Made by a program: the position numbers and the translations under genes. This document shows, piece by piece, positions 23,901 through 35,900 of a stretch of 64,000 nt of DNA (within the stretch, counting starts at the first letter, position 1; every line of letters starts with the position of its first letter). The DNA comes from Hormiphora californensis (Eukaryota; Animalia; Ctenophora): positions 3,286,001 through 3,350,000 of the forward strand of contig CM035357.1 of the NCBI GenBank assembly GCA_020137815.1, in the 5' to 3' direction. The notes below the pieces were generated by a model. It did not search any database, was not told the DNA's origin, and saw nothing but the letters and a program-made list of their open reading frames with translations.

Positions 23901-26900
23901 GATCATTTCCATAGAAGGACAGCTCCCTGTGCTGTATTCCACCGTTATCTGTAGTAAACATGCTGCTCACAATACTCCGGATCCTCGCCCAGGAGAGGCC
24001 AGTCTCGGATCTGGTGATCATCCTAGTGCCATGGTATCCCTGGATAATCGTCAGGAGCTTCTCTTTTGTCATCACTCCCAGGAAAAGCTGATTGGCACCT
24101 TCATATGTAAGCCCATTTACGAAACCATCCTCAAAGGCGGAAATAATTGGGGTAATTGCAAAACTGACTGCTATAAAAATTATAGCAACCACCATTGCAA
24201 ATACCTTTTTCTTAAATTTCTGGCTGATATCCTTGGACCTCTTGTATCGAAGTCCACGTGTGGCTCCTTGGAGCTTGAATAGGCTGACAACTGCCATGGA
24301 GAGAGACGTGATGGTGGTGCCTGTTGTACTAATAATACCGATGGACTGACAGGAAAAGCTGCTGACCCAAGCTAACTGCTCTTCACAGAAACTATTTTGA
24401 TTAGCCCAGTTAAATGTAACCAGTATCAGTAGGTACAATGATGTGAGGAGGTCACCAAGAGCGATAAGATTGGACAGTACTTTATTGACAAACAAACTGT
24501 CCTTCTTGGAGGGTTCATCAAAGAAGAGACTTCTGATGATTTGGGCTCCACTCAACACTGTCCCGACTATACCCATCACCATTGCACAAACCATAATCCC
24601 GATATTTTCGATAGACTTCCGATGACAAACACTGTTGCATTCATCCGACAAGTCAGGACAGTCAATGGCCCCATCGCACATTTGACTTATCACAATGTAT
24701 TTACTGCTTCCTTGGCATTTCACGCTATTTTCGCAATTCTCTTCGTCTGATCCATCGCCACAGTCGTCCACCAAATCACAAACCTTAGAAAACGGTATAC
24801 AAAGGTTAGTATTACAAGCAAAGACGTTATTGTGATAGCCGTGTCTGTCCTTTTTTACCACAGTGACACCAGGTTGGGCAATGGAATACCGAACATTCTC
24901 AATATTTCCACAAGACGAGTGCAATATTGGCTTCTGTAAGGGACACTTTTCGTTACGGCATTGGCCACTGCAACTTTGGTAGACGTACTGGTTGCCATAG
25001 AAGTAGCGACAATCCTGTTTGACTGTCGAGAGAATTAATTGAGTGGCTTGAGTTTTCCCAAAAAACTCGTGAAATGGATGCGTGAAATCCTTTTCAGTAC
25101 ATCTGTCACCTATCAGCTGTCTAAAGGTTTCCAATCCTTTGTGACACCATCCACTCCGTATGATCCGCTTGTCGCCATCAAAAGTTTCAGTCACGCTCGA
25201 ACGTTTCACAGCTTGGTTGGAGATTCCGCACACTTTTCCTCCACAAGCAGAGGAAGTAATCGAGCAAACGTCTTCCAGTTCCAAAAATGTAAATTTTTCC
25301 TCCGGTCGACACAAGAAGACATCTTTACATTTCCCATCTTTCTGAACTCTGTTTGTAGATCCTGTTCCACACCTCTCCCAACTAGTGAAGTCCTCGTCCT
25401 CTCCTCCTACACAATCAACAACGCCGTCTTGGACCCAATTGTAGGGAATGGGAAGCATAGTTTTAACCTGAGTCATTATCCGTTTACACTTCCTGTTAGT
25501 GAGCCTGCTACAGACATCAAGTTTCTCATCCGCATCTGAACTGCAGTCGCTGTGACCGTCACAGAGTCGGTGTTTGTGAAGGCGGCAATGACGGTCAGTT
25601 GTAACACACTCCCCATCCAGTTTGTTATCGCACACAATTGGCATATCTTTCACACATAACATGTGGACCGAAATGGTTGTGGGGAATCCATTTACCTTGC
25701 ATTGTCCCGCTACAAACCCGGAATAGGAACAGTTGGTCTGATCATGTCCGTTGATACAGTATGGGTGTGAGTAACTTACGCCTACCGCCGCATGTTTGAG
25801 CAAATAAAAACACCGGGACCGGTTGCTTAACGGGTATAACTGTACAGTAATTTCATTTGATTCACAAGTTCCTTCAAATGTTAAGTTTCTGAACTCGGGT
25901 ATATGGCTGGTATCTCCAAAAAGGTAAACTGATGTAGGGTATACCCCAAATCCAGGAATAACGACGCCATATGACAATCCATTACAATCCAACTCATCGA
26001 CACAATTCCAACTAGGCGCCCAATAATCACACTTCCCGTCACACACAAGACTGGGCCGGATAGGGAATGTGTCCTGTGGAGACCGAGGCAGGGTGTAGGT
26101 AAATTCTTGTATCTCTTTGTCCCCTGGACATTGTTGGTCATCTGTATACAGATAGCCGCGATACACATCATTCCAGCACAAACGACCACACACAGGTCGA
26201 GAATCAAATAGCTGGGCCTTGTAATATTTATTGAAACCCCACCATAAATCATCAAATAGGTACTTGACAACACATGCTTGGTAGACAGCTGAGTCATCCG
26301 GACACAGTCCTGTAACAAGGGTGTACCGGGTGCGATGTCCCATGGTAAATCTTGCGTAGGCATCAAACGTGAAGTTTGAGTTATAGCACCGGAATTGTGT
26401 ATATCCTGTGGCATTTTCTCTCGAGCACATGTCAGTAAGAATGGGACCAATTTCAGTTATATTGCAGTTGTTGGCATGGCAATTAACAATACAGTGATGA
26501 CCGGCAATCAGCACAAACAGGTAGACCCGCCACATGTCTATCTAAAATGAGAAGTGATTTTATTGGTACATGATAATACAAGCAACAAGTAATTGCCCTA
26601 GTATAATAACAGTGGTGCTCCGTCGCATATTGGCAGCCCGCATTTAAAAGCGTTGTCCACAAACAACAACAACAACCCGCTCGTATGAGGAGAAGCCTTG
26701 ACGTAGCGCAGCGGCTTACGGCTCCCTTTTAATACCTTTAATAGATTGCCATGCATTCTAGAAACTTCGTAGAAGCGTTATTACCCCTTTCCGGGACCTA
26801 ATACTTTTATAGTAGCTTTTATAGTAGATATATATATCGTGACCCGGCAAGCAACCTAAAAGTTGTCTGTAGTACAAACAAAGGATCTGTAACACGTCTT

Positions 26901-29900
26901 TTGTTCAACCCGCAATCCTTTGTTAAATCGTTTGCTCAATCGATTTTATCATTGTTGTTCTGCTTTACAATAGAGATTCCCGTACGCCAAAATTTGAGAA
27001 TTTGGGAAAGAGAGAGAGGCCTCCGAGAGAACTTTTGTTATAGGTGATTTGGTGACATAGATACCTGGCGCCGGGGTCTGGTCAAATCGACGTGTTAAGC
27101 TGTGGAACTGCTAACCGTGCCTCTCCCCAGCAATGCCACTTGTCGAGGGTAATGTAATTTTTAGTCGGGGTCTGTACATATTGCCAATATGATATTGGAC
27201 CAGTGCAGTTTGTAGTAACTACACTACTAAATCTACTTCAGGTCGAGGGAAAGTTATTTTCAGAATTCACTCCTTATGTTCTTTTGTCCTTTTTGTCGGC
27301 ATTGTACTCACCCAGAATGTTAACAAGGAAGGATATCAGGTTGCTGGATATCTCCTGGTCCTCTATGGGTAACAAACAGACAACAGGGAGAGAATGGAGA
27401 CTGTATCGGGGCCAACCTGATCTACAATCTCACCAACCAATTCACTACTTAGCAGAGTACTGGCCTTCTCTGGGTTCCTTTTTACTAGTTCACCCAACAA
27501 TCTACATGCCTTATCTCTGATGATTGTTCTATGTTCATTAGGGGTTGCTAAGTTGAACAAGAATTATTGCATTATGTATTCATAATGCTGTGTTTCCCTG
27601 CCCTACCGTTTCACGTATCACTGCCAACAGGATCAATGCAAGACTTGGTCGTAATGTAATGTGAGATGCACTGCCAACAGGATCAATGCAAGGCTTGGTC
27701 GTAATGTAATGTGAGATGTATACGATCTAGCTGTCAGTATACTTCTCACATAGCTTAGCTAACTCACTTGCTAACTAGCTTTTGACATTCCAACTTAACT
27801 ACTTATCTAACCTTTCACATAGGAAGTAATTTTGATATCTCCTTCTGGTGATCAACACACACACACGCCCTCTGTACAACAGTTTTAATGGGGAATCTCA
27901 CACATACACGGGCAGAACTCGGTTAAGGAGAGATTAATTAGTATTCTGAATAAAGAGTTCAGAGCAAGAATTAAATAGGGAAGAAAATCGAAAAATACTG
28001 GGTTTGACCGGGAATTGAACCAGGGACCTCCAGAGAGACATGCTCGGGCTATAAACCACTAAGCTACCAAACCCTAGGGTTTGGTAGCTTAGTGGTTTAT
28101 AGCTCCGAGCATGTCTCTCTGGAGGTCCCTGGTTCAATTCCCGGTCAAACCCAGTATTTTTCGATTTTCTTCCCTATTTAATTCTTGCTCTGAACTCTTT
28201 ATTCAGAATACTTTCACATAGGGATCCCTAAAAAAGTTCAGTATTTACACAGAGTTTACACAGTCTTTACTCAGTCGTTACACCTAGGGTTTGGTAGCTT
28301 AGTGGTTTATAGCTCCGAGCATGTCTCTCTGGAGGTCCCTGGTTCAATTCCCGGTCAAACCCAGTTTTTCGATTTTCTTCCCTATTTAATTCTTGCTCTG
28401 AACTCTTTATTCAGAATACTTTCACATAGGGATCCCTAAAAAAGTTCAGTATTTACACAGAGTTTACACAGTCTTTACTCAGTCGTTACACCCAGAGCGC
28501 CCGCGCCGCTCTGGGTGTAACGACTGCTCTTTCGCACTCGATTTGCAGCGTTTTCGGAAACTTTTTTCGCCGCAGCGCTCAATTTTGTCAATTGTGCAGC
28601 ACACAATCCAATATTTTCTTGGAAAAAGCCACTGTGCGCAGCACGCGCCGCTCTGGGTGTAACGACTGAGTAAAGACTGTGTAAACTCTGTGTAAATACT
28701 GAACTTTTTTAGGGATCCCTATTCGACTCGCAAGATGACCATGTGTATGTAACACGCGAAACGCGCGGCAGCGCTATTTCATGTTTTGTTGAGTGGCGCG
28801 CACACACCACGTCCAAAGAATCGCGCCATTGGAATTTTGATGAAGGAGCACCTTGTTGTTGTGCGCGCGGCTCTAGTTGCTACGCCGTTGCCCTCGCAAC
28901 GAAAGTGTGACCAAAATGGTCCCTCTACCGATTAGTTAGTATACCAAAATGTCGTTTTCGAATTCTAACCCTGCTATGCCTTTTTACAAAGTAAAAAGGC
29001 ATCCGGGTGAATGCCGAAGGCATTCACCCGGGCAGGGAAAAAATATCGCTTTGGAACAATATGTCTGGTATTCAGTGGGTAATTTTCTACTGATTTCCGA
29101 AGTTTCAGCCCAAACGGTTGAGCCGCTTCGAATCGCAAGCGACTTTCATAACCCGCGTTTTTGCGTAAATAATGGAATTTTAGGGTTAATGAAGTCAATG
29201 GAGCACTATTTTTGTATACCTTGCTGTATACTCAAAATATCCCTTGCGAACAATATGTCTGGTATTCAGTGGGTAATTCTACTGATATTCGAATTTTAGC
29301 CCAAACGGTTGAGCCGCTTCGAGTCGCAAGCCACTTTTGTGACCCTTGTTTTCGGTGAAAAATCGGGAAAAAATCGAAAAAAAATTTTAAAATTTCAAAA
29401 CACGGAAATTAGTCCCTAGAACATCCCAATACACGTGCAACACTTTAAAATTGTGTATTCAAAAAATTTCAACTTAGCAACATTGTTCATCGTGTTATGT
29501 TTTAGTTCAGTCGTTAGAAACATTCTCTATCTAGGTTAGTTGAGAGGGTAATTCAAAACGGAAAACGGGTTGGACTTCACCTTGATAAGGAAAAACAAGA
29601 GAGAATTAAAGAAATCAACTCTCGGCTCAGCAACCTTGGTAGGCACTATGTACAGATACACATTCCTGGAGTTGATAGAAATTACTCTTTTTGTAACACA
29701 TAATAGTTTACATGTTACATGGACCAAATTCCTTTTCTAGGAATTAAATCCAGTTCATTATATCAACCTAACTCTCCAAGGAATCCAGTTCCAAATATAA
29801 CTCTATTTCCAGGGATCCAGTTCCAAATATAACTCTATTTCCAGGAATCCAGTTCCAAATATAACTCTATTTCCAGGAATCCAGTTCCAAAATAACATGA

Positions 29901-32900
29901 ATGAGGATAAGACTACACTTTTCTTCACACCTGATCAACTCAAGGGATGTTCCCAAGACTTCCTATCTGGTAAAACAAGTGACTATTATTGATTCTTTGT
30001 TTACACGAGTTGGGTAATCATGATTCTCGAAAATATTGTTCATCAGGCTGTCTCGAGAACAGAATGGGTTTTATTTCTCGTTATTTCCCCCTGTTAACCC
30101 TTATTACCCTGTTAACCATGTTATCTCTGTTACCCCCGTTAACTCTATCCCCCCTCCTACTAGGGATTGAGAAGGATGAGGAAGGTCGCCATAAGATCAC
30201 ACTACAGTATCCCCATCTATATCCCATACTGAGGGAGTGTGTCATTGAGGATACTAGGAAACAGCTGCTTGTGGCACGTTACTCCATGTGCAGGGACCAA
30301 AACACACCCATCCTTGAGGTAGGTAGTGAGGTATAGATTGAGGTGTAGATTGAGGTATAGAGTGAGGTATAGAGTGAGGTAGGGTGTGAGGTGTAGTGGT
30401 ATTATATAGGGACCAAAACACACCCATCCTTGAGGTAGTTACTACGTAACTTTAGACTTGAGGTATTTGGTTAGGTATTGAGTGAGGTATTGGGTGAGGT
30501 ATTGGGAGGTTTGTTTTTTAATCGACCCATGTTTTAGAACAAGCAGCAAACGCTAAAAACTTTCATTTTAGGAACTGGTTAAATTGAGGGCAGAGAAAGC
30601 AAAGCTTCTTGGATTTGAGACTCATTCTGATTTCATATTGGATGCGAGGATGGCCAAAAGCAGGACTACCGTGGCAACTTTTATAGATGACATGGTAAGA
30701 AGATATAATGATGTTAACTTAAGTTATCCTAATTAGGATACATTGAGATTATATATTTTCATTGTAATGCCATAATATAGTTTTCAGTTCAACCACTAAA
30801 ACTAATACAACTCTGGTTTTAGGTCTCTAAGATGAAAGGACCCCTTGCGAAGGAATTCGATGGATTCCTAAAAATGAAGGAGAAAGAATGTGCTGAGAAT
30901 GGGGAGGCATTTTCTGGGACAGTGCAACCTTGGGACATCTACCATTATATGCAGGTTGGGATTAAATTACTCATACAGTAAAGTATGAGATTCTGAATTA
31001 GGTTTAGAGTTGTAGCCAGAGGAGAGAGAATGGGGCGAGAATTTGAGATTATTTGAGATTTTAGTAGGAGATGAGATGAGATTAGAAATGATACTGATGT
31101 GTGATAAATTCCATCTGTGAAGTTTTTACACGGTTTTATAACAGATTCCTCCCCTCAGATTACAGTAAAAGAGCAGTACTCGGTTGACCAGGAGCTTCTC
31201 AAACAATACTTCCCAATTGATACAGTCACAAAGGGCCTTCTGGAGATCTACCAGCGAATATTCAACCTCCGATTTGAAAAGATCTCCGAGCCAGCTGCGT
31301 GGCACGCTGATGCCTCCCTACACAGCGTGTTCGATGCTACTTCCGGCCAGTTCCTCGGTCAATTCTACATGGATTTACACCCTCGGGAAGGGAAATACGG
31401 TCACGCTGCAGTGTTTGGACTCCAGCCAAGTGTTGCTCTCCCAACCGGAGATCGTCAACCCGCTGTCTGTGCTCTGGTTTGCAATTTCACCGCTCCCACT
31501 GCTGATAAACCCGCCTTGTTGACCCATGGAGAGGTGGAAACATACTTCCACGAGTTTGGCCACGCAATGCACCAGATTTGCTCACAAGCCGAACACGCAC
31601 TCTTCGCAGGTGAGGGGCGCGCGTGTACGCGGTATCCCGCGGTGCATATCATGACGAGACTCTCACCAGCGCTGAAGTCAGACTCTCTAACCGTTGGAGA
31701 GAGAAAGAGAGATCTAGATAGATCCTTCCCTAACCACAGCGGAGAGGGAGAGCTGTATGGACACTCTGTCTCTGCTGTGCGCACACTTGTCTCTGCTTGT
31801 TTACCTCATGACGTGGGTTACAGAGAGGGAGAGAACCATTATAGCGGATCAACGCCTCGTGATGCCCTCTCACAGAGAGGAGAGCCGATTATTGCGCACA
31901 CTTGTCTCTAGGGAGAGAGAGAGACGGCTAGGGACCGATTAAGTGTGACGCCCAGCGTCACACTTATTTTGCATTCTCCGGAGACTATATAAGGGCGGGC
32001 TGTTAGCTGCCATTTGTCTTTTGTTAGAGACCCAACCCAGAGGAAACCCAGAGGAAACCCTTCTCAACCCGCCTACCTCAGAGCTATTGCCTAGCCATGC
32101 TCTCCGCTCCTCTTCCTGCCAAAAGCCCGTGTAGATTTACCTATATATACTTAACATAGAGTTAGCTAGATAGGATACCAGTGCTCTTATTACATTGTTA
32201 GTGCCATTATTAGAGTGAATATTAAGGGTATAGAACATATTGTAGTTGCTTATCTATTTATTACCCACAACCCTGTGTTTGATATTCTATCCTCGGGTAG
32301 AGATATACTGAGTACCATAGCGGAGCTATGGAGGGGGGTTATGCGTGACTCAGTAGAGATGGAGCCCCCAGCGAGAATCGAACTCGCGACCCCTGGTTTA
32401 CAAGACCAGTGCTCTAACCTCTGAGCTATGGAGACTGGAAATCGGATATACCCACTTGGGAATGGGGAGAGGAAAGAAGAGTAGAAGCTATACTACAAAA
32501 ACTCCAGTTCGAAGACAACCCTCTACTAACGCCGGAGCAGAAAGCTCAAGTTCGGGAATTGTGAAGGAATACCAAGAAATCTTCAGTCTTTCAGATAAGG
32601 AACTGGGTCTAACTACCCTGTATCACACTGAGATAAAACTTAAAGAAAATGCCACTGTTGTTAACAAAAATAGACCCATACCCATGCACAGCTTCGAAAC
32701 GGCTAAAGAGATGATTCTAGACATGATTGAAATGGGAGTGTTAGAACCGAGCACAGCTACTTATCGGTCCCCCTTAGTGATAGTCAAGAAGAAATGGAAA
32801 GAATAAGATGTGTATCGATTTCAGGCTACTCAATGACGCTACGGTGTCTAATTTGCACCCACTCCCAACGGTCCAAGAAACTAGGAATATTTGGTTCGGA

Positions 32901-35900
32901 TGCAAAATGTGGAGCGTCATGGATCTTAGCTCCGCATTCTGGCAAATACCACTACAGAAGACTCTAGGACGTCACGACTATATGGCTGAATTCGATGGGA
33001 TCCTGGAGGCACAAGGTGGTGCCCATGGGGCGAGAACAAGCCCAGCAGCCCTGCAGTCTTTAGCTGATAGGCTTTTCGGGGACCTGAGGCGAATGTTTGC
33101 GCGGTTTACTTGGATGATATAATATCAGGGCAGCCAATGCTGAGGTCATGATGGATAATCTGAACTAATATCGAGAGACTAAAATTGGTGGGCTCAAACT
33201 GAAACCCGGAAATGCGAGCTATTTCAACGGGAAGTCATGTTCTTGGGATGCAAACTAACAGAAGAAGGGCTGTACGCAAACCAAGAGAAAATAAAGGATC
33301 TTTTGGAGATGCCAGACCCGAAATCAAAGAAGGATGTCCAAAGAGTGTTGGGATTAGCTGGGTATTTTAGGGAGTTCGTACCTAAATTCGCAGAAAAAGC
33401 TAAAGCCCTAACCTCGCTACTCCAAGGATCGGAAAAGTTTGAATTTGGGGAGGAAGCTAAAAACAGCTTCGAGGCCGTGAAAACCGCCCTGACGAACCCG
33501 CCCTTGCTTGGTTTGGGCGGATCCTAACAAGACGCTCAATATTTTACGGACGCATCAGGATACTGTATGGGGTTCTGTTTGATGCAGGAATCAGACGATG
33601 GAAAAATGCATCCCATCCATTATGGATCTAAAGTATTCAACCCCTCACAATTACACTGGCCATCTTTCGTGAAAGAATTCTACGCTGCATACTGGGCGAT
33701 AACCCGATGAGATTCTATCTATTGGGAGAAGGTTTGTTCTGCAGACCGATTGCAAAGCCATGAGTTTCGGGACTTTCCTAAGAAATCAACGGCCAATGCT
33801 ATAATCCGATGGAGTATGGAATTTGTCGGAGTACGAGTTTATATCAAGTTCGTACCAGGGAAGAGAACGTGGTCTCTGATTTTCTGACAGACCAGCTTGC
33901 CTCAGTCTTCATCAGGCTATACGATTACATCAAGCAAGGAATCCAGGATGCAGTAGCGGGTAAAGAAAAGAAGATAAGTCTAAAGTTGTGAATCAAGTGA
34001 GTGAGGAAACAAAACCAACCCAAGTAATAGGAGACGAGGAATTCTTGAGAGAGTCTAAGGAAGACCCTACTTTTAAAAGTGTACGCAAGTGGATCAGAGA
34101 AGAGGAAAAAGCAGGAGATCCCAACATGCTACCCCCTCAGAACGACAATACTATAACAAGCTGAGTCGGCTGAAGATAGGGGATCAAGATATCATTGCAT
34201 CAGATAGGGTAACCCGGGACTCACAGAGTTCCGCTGGTTACTTGCGTACCAGAGTCACAAATAGTCAAAGTCATAGAGGCAAGCCACACAGTGGCTGGAG
34301 CACCCCAGTCGTCCGAGAAGACCGAAAGTAGAATAAGACAGAATTCTATTTTCCTAATATCAAGAAAAAGTACGATTGTTCTGCAAGACCTGCAGCGATT
34401 GCTTCAAGACTAACCAGTATCTACCGGAACAAACCCATACCGGAGTTGAAACCATACACATAAATACCCAGGCATGTGGTGTTAACATGGACGTGGTACA
34501 GATATCGAAAGGGGGAAGATTTCCCAAGGTGCTTACTATGGTTGACAAATTCACGAAATATGTAGTGTTCGTGCCCATCGCTAATGAGAAGGCTACCACC
34601 ATAGCGAAAGCCTTCTTGGATAACTACGTTTGCATCTGGGGACCGCCCCAGATCTTAGTAACTGATAATGCTGCGACTTTCAAAACGGCGGAGGTCATGA
34701 ATAACCTATATGTCTCTAGGATAGAGAAGAAGTACTGTGCACCGTACCATCCCCAAGGGAATGGAATAGCAGAGCGGTTCAATAAGGTGCTACTACATCT
34801 GTTACAGAAACTAGTGGGGGATAATCCCGGACAATGGAGGCAAGCACACCGCGACTACAATTAGCAGTAAACTCAGCGATAAACGGTCCACAGGGTATTC
34901 CTTTCCGGTTAATGACCGGAAGAGAGATGACTGATTGGATGATGTCATATTCCAGACCAGATCAACAAAGTTCTTTGAGAGTGAGCATCATCTGGCAAGT
35001 GACATGTACCAAGAACTTAGAAAGATATTCCGATTGGCGGGTAACAACCTAGAATTGACACACCGTCTTCAAAAAAGGATATACGACCGGAATAAACAAG
35101 CCGTGAGCCTAGCAGTGGGAGACAAAGTGATGATCTACAGGCCGAAAGACACATCTAATAATTACTACAAGTTAGTAACTAACTTTAAGGGTCCATACAT
35201 TATAATTGATGCTTGGGATCAGCACGATTTTCTGGTGCAAAGAATACGGATGGAAAGAAAAACGGGGGACTGTAAATACGTTGTTCATCGAAACCACTTA
35301 AGGAAGATCCCCGAGGAATGAGAGGACATCTAGGAGAACAAGAGCAGGAAACCGCAGAAGCAAGCATAACTGAGGAGGAAGAAACAGAACCTGAGGACGA
35401 CAGCGAGATAGAGGAAATGCTGCTGCGAGACGACGACGACGACGGTTGGATCGGAGGATATACGGAAATTACGGGGACAGGAGATCGAAGGGTAACAAGA
35501 GCTCAAGCGAAGGCAAATCAGGCTGTAACAGGAATGGGGCCTCAAAACATTACGAGAGACTCTGGAATATCAATGGGGGAAATAAGGACACCTCCGAATG
35601 ATAGGGAAAGAGACCACCCAAGAGACAATACAAGGGTCCCCCCACGAAACCATACAAAGTCCCCCCAAGAGAACACACCAGACTACCCAAGATACCACCC
35701 AAGATTCCACGGGAGAGAGCTGGGGAAAACACCCCAGTAGCGGATAACAATAGGACAGCCCGGGTGAAGGGTCAACGCAAATTTCAACCCCATGGCGAAC
35801 TCGAATACTGGAAGAGTTAACCCGGGCATTTGAGAAGAGTTGGGAGAAGAAGAAGAAGGAGGGGAAAATCTAAGAGAACAAACTGACCCACTCAGAGGAG

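Noticed and set aside
27200-27560. Minus-strand helical-repeat-like peptide ([24 protein letters not shown])
   Set aside because: Too short and interrupted to call; at most a gene relic.
31610-31911. C-terminal extension of ORF 31117-31911 as part of the peptidase
   Set aside because: Similarity stops at the GT donor (31610); the remainder is read-through into the LTR.
32360-32435. Ordinary host tRNA-Thr gene
   Set aside because: Encoded CCA, exact PBS position 2 nt from the LTR and no T-run terminator indicate an element-associated, reverse-transcribed copy.
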